Assembly (NCBI GenBank): GCA_014860565.1
Contig: JACZJN010000068.1
Coordinates: forward strand, 122,447-186,446
Origin: Bacteroidota bacterium
Lineage (GTDB): Bacteria > Bacteroidota > Ignavibacteria > SZUA-365
Reading direction: 5' to 3'
Length of the DNA stretch: 64,000 bases
The position numbers and the translations under genes are program-made. Under the pieces are notes generated by a model, which did no database searches, was not told where the DNA came from, and saw only the letters and a program-made list of their open reading frames with translations. Shown piece by piece: positions 1 through 8,457 of the stretch (within the stretch, counting starts at the first letter, position 1; every line of letters begins with the position of its first letter).

Positions 1-2
1 CG

Positions 3-1307
3 ACCTTCGGTGAAATGCAGGTCATCGATATATACAAGCCGTGGCTCGGAGAATTGGGACTCAACAACGACATCTACAACGTACATCCCGCCACCGGCGC
101 CTTTTACGCACAGGACAACATCAATTTCAGCGGAATGATCCTGAATTTCGGGTTGCGTCTCGACTGGTGGATGCCAGGCAAGTTCGTCGACGATGCGGTC
201 AACAATCCGGAGGTCATCACGATTCCCGATGAGGTCCGTGCCTCGTACATGGATAATACCTTCGGGCTCTTTGACCGCAGGTTCAAGGCACGGCTCAGTC
301 CACGCATCGGAATCTCCCATCCGATCTCCGATAATCAGACGCTGTTTTTCTCCTACGGACATTTCACGAAACGTCCGCGGCCGCAGTTCGTGTATGCGAA
401 ACTCAATCCGGTGAGTGCGAAATCCACGTTCCAGAAATTCGGCAATCCAGATCTGGATCCTGAGACTACCGTGGCGTATGAACTGGGCCTGCGCAATCAG
501 TTCAGCGAAGACGACGTGTTGACGGTGACGGCCTACTACAAAGACATTTTCGATTACGTGAGCACGAAATCCGCGAAGATTTCCAGCTCCCGATTTTCGG
601 GTGGCTCCTTCATCACGTACGTAAATCAGGACTACGCGCGCACACGCGGCGTCGAACTCGAATACAAGAAGCGCATTGGTCGGTGGTTCCGCGGTATGGC
701 GAGTTTTTCCTACAGCATCGCCACAGGAAAGAGTTCTTCGCCTGACGAAGGCGCACTGGTGCAGCGCGGTGACCTTGAGGAAGCCATCAAGGAGAATTAT
801 TTGATCTGGGACCGTCCCCTGCAGGCGTCGGTGAGTGCAAGTTTCTATATCCCGCCCGGAGACGACCCGTTCGGCTTCGGGGTGTTCGAAGATCTGAACT
901 TCTACATTCGCGGATTTTTCCAGTCCGGCAAACGCTACACCCCCCAGTTGCTGGTCGGTTCGGATCCCCTCACCGGGCGTCCCATTTACGACAGTGACCG
1001 CAGCAATCTCTATGGCGAGACAGGTGAAGACTGGTTCTATATCGACCTCAACATTGAAAAGCATATCCGATTTGCGGGTCTCGATATCGGCATTCTCGTC
1101 GAAGTCACCAACGTGCTCGACGCCCTCAATCCTGCGATAATCAATCCCGTGACAGGACGCGCGTATGAGTACGGCGATCCGACGCCCGGCGGTTACAACG
1201 ATCCGCTCTACCCCGACCTGCAGGCGCCGCTCAATCCGTATCCCTACAATCCTGCACGCTACCTGTCGCCGCGAAACATTCGCGCGGGAATTTCGGTGAA
1301 AATATGA
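3..1307 (+). CDS. TonB-dependent receptor, C-terminal barrel (5'-truncated by window edge)
   Basis: Frame is open from position 3. TBDR barrel motifs SPRIGISHPISDNQTLFFSYGHF, GNPDLDPETTVAYELG, NVLDALN...PRNIRAGISVKI. Confidence 0.85.
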   Translation, partial: TFGEMQVIDIYKPWLGELGLNNDIYNVHPATGAFYAQDNINFSGMILNFGLRLDWWMPGKFVDDAVNNPEVITIPDEVRASYMDNTFGLFDRRFKARLSPRIGISHPISDNQTLFFSYGHFTKRPRPQFVYAKLNPVSAKSTFQKFGNPDLDPETTVAYELGLRNQFSEDDVLTVTAYYKDIFDYVSTKSAKISSSRFSGGSFITYVNQDYARTRGVELEYKKRIGRWFRGMASFSYSIATGKSSSPDEGALVQRGDLEEAIKENYLIWDRPLQASVSASFYIPPGDDPFGFGVFEDLNFYIRGFFQSGKRYTPQLLVGSDPLTGRPIYDSDRSNLYGETGEDWFYIDLNIEKHIRFAGLDIGILVEVTNVLDALNPAIINPVTGRAYEYGDPTPGGYNDPLYPDLQAPLNPYPYNPARYLSPRNIRAGISVKI

Positions 1308-2302
1308 TGCGCATGAATGTACAATCCCTGATTCTTGGTATCGCCGCGGTTCTGCTACTGAGTGCAGCCCCCGTGAAGGCGCAGCTCATTCCCCTGCTGG
1401 GCGGACAGCGCGCGGGTATTTCTTCTCTGCAATTCCTCAAGATCGGCGGATCCTCGCGCGCAGCCGCGATGGGCGAGAGCTTCATTGCAGTGGCCAACGA
1501 CGCCTCGTCACTGCAGTACAATCCGGCGGGCATGGTGCAGTTCGAAGGACATGAGGCAATCTTCACACACACGAGTTGGCTCGTGGATCTGAAGCACGAA
1601 TTCATGGGTGCGGTGTATCGCCTCACGCCCGAAGACGCTATTGGACTTTCCTTCACTTCCCTGCATACCGACGACATGGAAGTGCGCACCGAGACCCAGC
1701 CCTTGGGCACCGGCCGCTATTTCAGCTACGGCGATGTGGCAGTCGGGCTCTCTTACGCACGGCAGCTTACCGAGCAGTTCAGTTTCGGAGCGACCGTGCG
1801 CTACGTTGAAGAAACCATCGACGTACTTAAGACACGCGCCTTCATGGTAGATCTCGGAACATACTATTGGACAGGACTCGGGAGCACGCGTTTCTCAGTC
1901 GCGGTCAGCAATTTCGGTAATAACGTATCGCCGGAGGGGACGGTCGATCTTTCCCGCGGCGAGAGCGTTTCTTCGTTCCAGGAATTCTCGCCGCCCACCA
2001 CGTTCCGCATTGGCTTCGCTTTCGAACCGCTTGAGGACGACTACAACCGGATAACCACCAGCATTCAGCTCAATCATCCGAACGACAATAGCGAAAACCT
2101 CGCACTCGGTGTCGAATACGCCTGGAATCATCTGTTCTTCGTGCGCGCCGGCTACAAGCTGAATGTCGATGAGGAAGGCCTCACCGCCGGAGCGGGCATC
2201 AACGCCCCTCTTGGCTTCGCACGCGTCGGCGTCGATTACGCCTTCGCCGATTTCGACCGCCTCGGCGGCGTGCATCGCATCACTGTTCGATTGGGATTGT
2301 AA
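1304..2302 (+). CDS. PorV/PorQ-family (UPF0164-like) outer-membrane beta-barrel
   Basis: Signal peptide, then FLKIGGSSRAAAMGESFIAVANDASSLQYNPAG, the PorV-family N-terminal signature. ATGA overlap with the upstream TBDR. Confidence 0.8.
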   Translation: MMRMNVQSLILGIAAVLLLSAAPVKAQLIPLLGGQRAGISSLQFLKIGGSSRAAAMGESFIAVANDASSLQYNPAGMVQFEGHEAIFTHTSWLVDLKHEFMGAVYRLTPEDAIGLSFTSLHTDDMEVRTETQPLGTGRYFSYGDVAVGLSYARQLTEQFSFGATVRYVEETIDVLKTRAFMVDLGTYYWTGLGSTRFSVAVSNFGNNVSPEGTVDLSRGESVSSFQEFSPPTTFRIGFAFEPLEDDYNRITTSIQLNHPNDNSENLALGVEYAWNHLFFVRAGYKLNVDEEGLTAGAGINAPLGFARVGVDYAFADFDRLGGVHRITVRLGL

Positions 2303-2304
2303 TC

Positions 2305-3387
2305 ATGAACGCTACCATGTCATCTCGATACGCCATCATCCTTCCCATACTTCTCTTCCTCCTCCTCGCAGTTGCATGCGGCGACACCTTCGATTCGAAG
2401 GAACTTGGTGCGACCGCACCTCCGGATTCGTATGGCGATACCAGCTACGTACTCAAGCAACCGATCTGGACCGGATTCAGTGAACCTGCCGACGTTCATG
2501 TCGGTTTCGAGCCCTTTATTTATGTGAGTGAGCGGGCCGCCGACCGCATTACCATGCTGGACCTCTCCGGCCGCATCATCGGAAGTTCCGCCACGATCCG
2601 GCGGCCCGATGCCATTTCCCAGGATCACAGGCTCGACCTTCTCGTGTGTGCCGAGTTCGACACGACAATCGACGGACGCCTGGTGACTTTCGGAGCGATT
2701 TATCGTGTCGATCTGGTAGAGGCGATGCACAACATAGCAAACGCTCCCATCCGGCGCGTGTATTTCGATCCACTCAACCCCAATCGCCGGTACACAGGCA
2801 TCGCCGTACTGCCGGACAACAGTTACTATGTAACACGCACAGGACCGTCGAACAGCAGCCCGGTCGATCCTGATGATGCAATCATGGTTTTCAGTTCGCG
2901 CGACGAATTGCATCCCCGCGTGGAATGGCCCGCGCTGAGTGTCGACGGCACGGGTTTAGCCACGATCACGCGACCCTCGGGCATCGCGACTTTCACGCGT
3001 CCGACGAGCGATTTTGTCTACACGCAAACCGGTACGAAATCGCTCTTCCGCACACAATGGATCACGCAGCGCACAACGGGTGACGTCACTCAGTGGGAAT
3101 CCTATTACACACCCGCGCGTGACGGTGAATTGGATTTTCTGCGCGTATCCTTGTTTGATCACCCCGAGGACGTATCGATCGACGACGCAGGCAACATCTA
3201 CGTTATTGATGCCGGACGAGACAGCCTTTTCCAATTCAACCCATCGGGCTTTCTCACACAGGCATTCGGCGGCCCGCAGCAGTTCGCTTCCCCGGAAGGC
3301 GTGGCGCATTTCGATCGCACGCTTTATATCGCGGACACGCGCAACAATCGCATCCTGCGCTTCGTCCTTTCCACCGATCTTCAATAG
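2305..3387 (+). CDS. Lipoprotein with NHL-repeat/beta-propeller domain
   Basis: Lipobox LAVAC. NHL-like repeats FDHPEDVSIDDAGNIYVIDAG and FASPEGVAHFDRTLYIADTRNNRI. Confidence 0.7.
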   Translation: MNATMSSRYAIILPILLFLLLAVACGDTFDSKELGATAPPDSYGDTSYVLKQPIWTGFSEPADVHVGFEPFIYVSERAADRITMLDLSGRIIGSSATIRRPDAISQDHRLDLLVCAEFDTTIDGRLVTFGAIYRVDLVEAMHNIANAPIRRVYFDPLNPNRRYTGIAVLPDNSYYVTRTGPSNSSPVDPDDAIMVFSSRDELHPRVEWPALSVDGTGLATITRPSGIATFTRPTSDFVYTQTGTKSLFRTQWITQRTTGDVTQWESYYTPARDGELDFLRVSLFDHPEDVSIDDAGNIYVIDAGRDSLFQFNPSGFLTQAFGGPQQFASPEGVAHFDRTLYIADTRNNRILRFVLSTDLQ

Positions 3388-3411
3388 CGCTTGCGGCTAA
3401 CGTTTTTTTTT
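3385..3411 (+). terminator. Possible weak intrinsic terminator
   Basis: Short imperfect stem TAGCGCTTGCGGCTA followed by a T9 run after the NHL gene stop. Confidence 0.3.
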
Positions 3412-3456
3412 CCCAGATATACGATCACGCCTTCCGTCCCCTACGACCTGAACCGT

Positions 3457-3951
3457 TCAGTGTTGCTTCTTCGGATATTCATAATAGCGGATAGTGCCGG
3501 GTGAGACCGTCACCTCTTCCCAGCTCTCCACGTTGAAGTCGATACATACTATACCGCAGGTCGGGAGATTGTCGGCCTGAAACCCGCCCATGCGGTTAGC
3601 CACCATATGCATGGTGGGATTATGCCCGACGAGCATGACTTCCTGCACATCCTCCGGTAGGTTATGCACCACGCTGAGAATTTCCAGCGGACCCGCTCCG
3701 TACAGAGAAGCATCGATGTCAATGGACTCAGGCGGATATGCGAGCGATTCCGCCAGAAAACGCGCGGTTGTAAGTGCACGGTTGGCGGCGCTGCAGCGAA
3801 TCAGTTCAGGACGCGCACCGAGATCCTTCAACACTGTGCCCATCATCGGAGCATCGTGCTGTCCTCGCGTGTTGAGGGGACGCTCGAAATCGGTCAGTCC
3901 CGCATGGTCCCAGCTGGATTTTGCGTGACGTACGATGTACAGAGTTTTCAT
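3457..3951 (-). CDS. sixA: SixA-like histidine phosphatase
   Basis: LYIVRHAKSSW, DFERPLNTRG, SAANRALTTA and VMLVGHNP motifs; 164 aa. Confidence 0.85.
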   Translation of the reverse strand: MKTLYIVRHAKSSWDHAGLTDFERPLNTRGQHDAPMMGTVLKDLGARPELIRCSAANRALTTARFLAESLAYPPESIDIDASLYGAGPLEILSVVHNLPEDVQEVMLVGHNPTMHMVANRMGGFQADNLPTCGIVCIDFNVESWEEVTVSPGTIRYYEYPKKQH

Positions 3952-4063
3952 GCATGCTCTCCGATTGTGTCAAACGGAATAATCATATTTGGTGTGTCCC
4001 ATCGAAGCGCTTGCTCCGGTCAGACCCGATACGCGCCCGCAAATCAGGCGTTGGAGAAATGCG

Positions 4064-6358
4064 CTACAGGTCAAAAAACAACTTGTACGTAACGCGCGCG
4101 TTGATCCCAGCCTCGGGGAGAATCGCCTTTACACGCGACAGGTGATTGCGGTAGGGCTGGTTCAGCATATTCTCCAACACGAACGACAGATTGTGTACTT
4201 GATTGCCGGTTGCAAAGGAATTTTGCACCGAAGCGTTGAGTGTCACGTATCCGGCTGTCGGAGATTCGAATGTGTCGACCCGGTCCTGCCGCGCGGCCAT
4301 CACCACTTCGAGTCCTGTGCGCCATGTGCCCAGGGTCAGATTCATGCCGACCGTTCCCTTCAGGGGAGGAATCTGCGGCAGTGGATCTCCAGTATCCTTG
4401 AATTCTCCATGAGTGTAGCTGAATGACGCATCCAGGCGCATCACCGACGTGGCATCCCACTCCGCCTGCAACTCCGCTCCGGTCAGCAACGCCGCGACTC
4501 CCTGGGTCGCGTACACCGGAAGGAACGTGGCGTAGTTGATTTCTCCGGTATTCCGCGGGATAATGAACGATGTGAGATCATTCCGGAACAGGTTGACGTT
4601 GAAAGAGAAATGCTCCCATCGATGGTACAGGAATAATTCGGCACCGATTCCTGTTTCCAAACCGAGATCGGGATTGCCTACTTCGTAGGAATAGGCAGCA
4701 AGGTGAGGCCCTTCGGAAAAAAGTTCTTCGATCGTCGGCATCCGATTCGACCGGCTTATGTTTGCGCCGAAATGTACGATGTTCGTGATCTGATACAGCA
4801 CGGTTGCCGAAAGTGAGACAGCGTCGAACGTACGCTGCCGGATGAAGCCGATGCGGGCATCCGGTTTCTCCTGCTGCGGAGTGATCTGATTCCAGGTATA
4901 GCGGACGGCTGCTTCAACGCTGAGGTCTCCGAACGAAAGCCGCTCGAACAGGTAAGGCGCCAGGTTCAGTGAGGTCGAGGGCATGGTGAACACGAACCCG
5001 CCAACGGTAAAATCCCGATAATCAAAATCGATACCGAACATTCCGTCGGTCACGGCGCCGATCGAGTGGTGGATCGCCCGGAGATCACCCGAATAATTCA
5101 CGATGCGAAACTCCGAACCAATCACGCCCTGCGCTTCGTATTCCTTGTGCCGGTAGTACGCACGAGCGAAATGAAATGTAAGATCATGCAGCAGCGGTGT
5201 ATCGAAGAGGTACATGCCCCGGGCATTCAGCTGCCGGCGCTCAAGCTCGATATCCACACCGTTCGGATGGGCACCGACGAAGCCGCCGGGCACGCCGTAG
5301 TCGAGCGAGAAATCCCGAAGCGACGCGCCGATGAAACCCCAGTCGTCGATATGGCTCGCCCCGGCGCTGTAGTCCAGAGATTGTGCATCGGAGTTCTTGA
5401 GCCGCCCTTCCGGTGTGCGCATATCGCCGGTCGATCTTCCGCTCACCTCCGCTCGAAGCATCACGGGGTCGAGCGGAACTTCCGTGTAGAACGATCCGAG
5501 CACGCCGTCGTTGGCGGATTCACCGTACACACCCAGCGAGCCGAGAATATTTTTATGCCTGTCCTGAGGAATCTCATGCCGAACGACATTGACGATGCCG
5601 CCCAGAGTCGTCGGTGACTGTGTGAGCACCATGGGACCGCGGAGCACTTCGATGCGTTCCACGGCAAATGGTTCGATGGTCACGGCGTGGTCTGGGGACG
5701 TGGCAGACAGATCGGTTGTCTTGCTTCCGTCTTCGCTGAGCACGACGCGGTCACCGCCGAGTCCGCGAATCACCGGACGAGCGGGCGCCGGTCCCATCGC
5801 GCGCATGGCGATCCCCGTCTCGTTTTTCAATGTCGCCGCGAGCGTGAGACCGAGTTCCTTGTCGAGTTCCCTGCCATTGAGCACCGACGAAAGCTCATTG
5901 GTAGATTCGATGCGCGAATGCATGTGCGAGCCGGTGACGATCACGGGAGCTGTTTCATATGCACGCGGCTGCAGATACACGATCATATCGCGTTCATCGT
6001 TGTCCGGAATTCCTATTTCCATGATCTGCACCTTGTACCCCGCACAATTGATGCTGAGGACGTAAGGACCGGGATTGAGCTTGCTGAAAAGGAATCCGCC
6101 ATCCGATTCCACCGACTGATCCACACCCGCCTTGGGATGATCCTTCGGGTGCAGAAACAGATAGGCTTCCGGCACCGCCTGGCCGCTTTCCGCGTCCAGA
6201 ACCGTACCGCGCAGGGCAGACTGCCTCTGCGCGTGCACCGTTGTGGGAGAGAGCATGGCCGTGATCAGGAATAGCAAGAGGGCGGCAAGGATTGACACCG
6301 GAGGCCAGGCGTGTGGGACACGCCTGGCTGTCGGGTGGTTTTGATGGTACATAGGCAT
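4064..6358 (-). CDS. TonB-dependent receptor, ZnuD-like (metal uptake), with N-terminal carboxypeptidase-regulatory-like domain
   Basis: Plug motif GPAPARPVIRGLGGDRV...DLSATSPDHAVTIEP resembles the ZnuD family. C-terminal NQPYRNHLSRVKAILPEAGINARVTYKLFF. Confidence 0.8.
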   Translation of the reverse strand: MPMYHQNHPTARRVPHAWPPVSILAALLLFLITAMLSPTTVHAQRQSALRGTVLDAESGQAVPEAYLFLHPKDHPKAGVDQSVESDGGFLFSKLNPGPYVLSINCAGYKVQIMEIGIPDNDERDMIVYLQPRAYETAPVIVTGSHMHSRIESTNELSSVLNGRELDKELGLTLAATLKNETGIAMRAMGPAPARPVIRGLGGDRVVLSEDGSKTTDLSATSPDHAVTIEPFAVERIEVLRGPMVLTQSPTTLGGIVNVVRHEIPQDRHKNILGSLGVYGESANDGVLGSFYTEVPLDPVMLRAEVSGRSTGDMRTPEGRLKNSDAQSLDYSAGASHIDDWGFIGASLRDFSLDYGVPGGFVGAHPNGVDIELERRQLNARGMYLFDTPLLHDLTFHFARAYYRHKEYEAQGVIGSEFRIVNYSGDLRAIHHSIGAVTDGMFGIDFDYRDFTVGGFVFTMPSTSLNLAPYLFERLSFGDLSVEAAVRYTWNQITPQQEKPDARIGFIRQRTFDAVSLSATVLYQITNIVHFGANISRSNRMPTIEELFSEGPHLAAYSYEVGNPDLGLETGIGAELFLYHRWEHFSFNVNLFRNDLTSFIIPRNTGEINYATFLPVYATQGVAALLTGAELQAEWDATSVMRLDASFSYTHGEFKDTGDPLPQIPPLKGTVGMNLTLGTWRTGLEVVMAARQDRVDTFESPTAGYVTLNASVQNSFATGNQVHNLSFVLENMLNQPYRNHLSRVKAILPEAGINARVTYKLFFDL

Positions 6359-6374
6359 GAGCGGTTGTCCCGGT

Positions 6375-6830
6375 TCAATCGATTGCGACAGGAATTTTCC
6401 CCGACCGGAAGTCGGAATGTCCTTCGTGCATGATGAAGAGTTCGAGTGTGGTCGCCCCCACCTTCTCGCCCCGGAGGTGAAATTCGAATTTCCCCGTCGC
6501 CGCGGAATCCTGCACTACCGTGAGCATGGTGGGATCTCCGATCTCCCATGCCAGGGTCTTATTTGGATCCGCCGGCGGATCGACGATCTGCTCATCGTCA
6601 TTGTAAAAAAAGACGTCGATGTGATCGCCGAGCACTCCGACCTTCGCACGAAGCGTATCCGCGGTTTCTCCTCGCAGGATCGCGGCGACCGGAATTCCGG
6701 AGGTGCGCAGGACGACACCGATCGCTTCGAAGTGGTCTTCCTGCGGAATGATCGGATCATCCTCTCCGCAGGCGGTGACAAGGAAGAGTAAAAAGAGTGA
6801 AAAAACGGGTAAAACAAATCTATTTCGCAT
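6375..6830 (-). CDS. His-containing lipoprotein, putative metal-binding partner of the downstream TBDR
   Basis: Likely ATG at 6830 (MRNRFVL), lipobox LVTAC then acidic GEDD. His motifs EDHFE and MHEGHSDF. Stop is 16 nt from the TBDR start. Confidence 0.7.
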   Translation of the reverse strand: MRNRFVLPVFSLFLLFLVTACGEDDPIIPQEDHFEAIGVVLRTSGIPVAAILRGETADTLRAKVGVLGDHIDVFFYNDDEQIVDPPADPNKTLAWEIGDPTMLTVVQDSAATGKFEFHLRGEKVGATTLELFIMHEGHSDFRSGKIPVAID

Positions 6831-7018
6831 GTGAAATCCTATTCGAATATTACTGACGATATTGTGATACATGCGGCATCCTGAAGGAATAGAGGCTTGC
6901 CGTAACGCACCACCGACACAACGACGAATGTCGCATGTGGTGGACTCTCACCCACGTCGGACGGGTTTGGGCCAGTTGCGGAGAGGCCACCGTCGGAGCG
7001 GGAACAGCTGCGAGGGGA

Positions 7019-7369
7019 TCAGACGAGCGAAGGGGGAGCGCGGGAACTGAGACGAGCGCCGACGAACGAGGAGCAATGCACCCAGCTTGCCGGACGAACG
7101 AGATGCGAGGCGTGGAGGACGACAGGAGCCTGCTGTGTACCGGGCTCGGCCTGGAACGCAAACACAAGGTAGTATTGCAGGGGACAAACAGCGGCGGTGT
7201 GTCCGTGAGGCACCGCGCCAGTGTGCACAGGCTGCAGTTCGTCCCCGCCGGGCCATGAATAGTCATGCTGGTGAATCGCGAGCAGGAGCACGAGCGCACT
7301 GTACGAACACAGCACCACCAGGGCGATGTTTCTCTGGAACCGCGATGATATGCTGCTGAACGTGTGCAT
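7019..7369 (-). CDS. DUF2946/CruR-like upstream leader protein with C-terminal RAPP arrest motif
   Basis: SD AGGAG before the ATG. Hydrophobic segment at aa 15-32, then HQHD, HTGAVPHGH, CPLQ, and RAPP (codons 7042-7031) three residues before the stop. Confidence 0.75.
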   Translation of the reverse strand: MHTFSSISSRFQRNIALVVLCSYSALVLLLAIHQHDYSWPGGDELQPVHTGAVPHGHTAAVCPLQYYLVFAFQAEPGTQQAPVVLHASHLVRPASWVHCSSFVGARLSSRAPPSLV

Positions 7370-7402
7370 GAACTCCTGCAGTGTAGCGATGTCTATAAAA
7401 TT

Positions 7403-7431
7403 AACTTACGCCGAAAATCGTTCCATGACAA
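7403..7431 (-). promoter_or_regulatory. Sigma70-type promoter for the RAPP leader/TBDR operon
   Basis: Minus strand TTGTCA (7431-7426), 17-nt spacer, TAAGTT (7408-7403). Confidence 0.55.
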
Positions 7432-7568
7432 TGAAAAATGCTGCACCCTTCCGAAATGCGCATGCAACGGGAACTCCTGTTCCCGGCATCCCGTTTTGCT
7501 AATGTCCATCAGCTCTCATTGCTTATCCGGCGGCAGCAACCGCCCTTCACATAGATCGGAAGACATTC

Positions 7569-8366
7569 ATGAAGAACAACGGTATTGCCAGCAAGAACGG
7601 GAACGGCATTTCCTCACGTTCCAACGGCCTCTCTCTCAACGGGAAGCACCTCTCTCCTGAAAACAGCACCCAAAACGGAAACGACTCCCACGCGCATATT
7701 CATGATCTAGCTGATATCATTGCGATGGGAGACCATCATGTCGCCACATCCATCGACACTCCCCTGCACGACGATGCGTTTGCGTTGAGTGAAGAGCAGA
7801 AAATGGAACTGATCGAAAGACATTTCGAACAGATTATGCGCACACTCGGTCTCGATCTCACCGATGACAGTCTCGCGGGCACACCGCATCGCGTTGCGAA
7901 AATGTTCGTGCGCGAAATCTTCTATGGGCTCGATCCGGAGAAAAAACCGAACGCAAAAGTATTCGAAAACAAGTTTCAGTACGGCGAAATGCTCGTCGAA
8001 AAAAACATCTCCCTTCACACGACCTGCGAGCATCATTTCCTCCCCATCGTCGGCAAGGCGCATGTGGCCTACATTTCCACCGGTACGGTCATCGGACTGT
8101 CGAAGATCAACCGCATCGTGGATTACTATGCAAGGCGTCCGCAGGTTCAGGAGCGTCTGACGATGCAGATCGCCGACGAAATCAAACGCGCCCTCAACAC
8201 CAACGACGTGGCCGTGGTGATTGACGCCAAGCACTTCTGTGTCGCGGCCCGCGGGATTCAGGATACGCACAGCAGCACGATAACCTCGGAGTTCAGCGGC
8301 CGATTCAAGGAAGACGCGACGAGGAAGGAATTCCTGCAATACGTTCAGATGCCCGCGGTACTCTGA
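7569..8366 (+). CDS. folE: GTP cyclohydrolase I
   Basis: DDSLAGTPHRVAKM, CEHHFLP, GLSKINR, RPQVQERLT, HFCVAARG. Confidence 0.97.
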   Translation: MKNNGIASKNGNGISSRSNGLSLNGKHLSPENSTQNGNDSHAHIHDLADIIAMGDHHVATSIDTPLHDDAFALSEEQKMELIERHFEQIMRTLGLDLTDDSLAGTPHRVAKMFVREIFYGLDPEKKPNAKVFENKFQYGEMLVEKNISLHTTCEHHFLPIVGKAHVAYISTGTVIGLSKINRIVDYYARRPQVQERLTMQIADEIKRALNTNDVAVVIDAKHFCVAARGIQDTHSSTITSEFSGRFKEDATRKEFLQYVQMPAVL

Positions 8367-8457
8367 GTAAGTATATTTCCGGAGCAAAGAGGATCGGTGT
8401 GATGTTGTGCACGCCGCTCTCGCGGTACCTTCCCTGCGTGCCTCCTTGGTTCCTCCG

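Noticed and set aside
7370-7445. Zur or Fur operator at the RAPP-leader promoter
   Set aside because: AAAATCGT and GACAATGA give only half-site resemblance; there is no convincing palindrome.
7432-7568. THF-II (folE motif) or ZTP riboswitch upstream of folE
   Set aside because: Hairpins are present, but the conserved aptamer residues could not be matched, so it was not called as an ncRNA.
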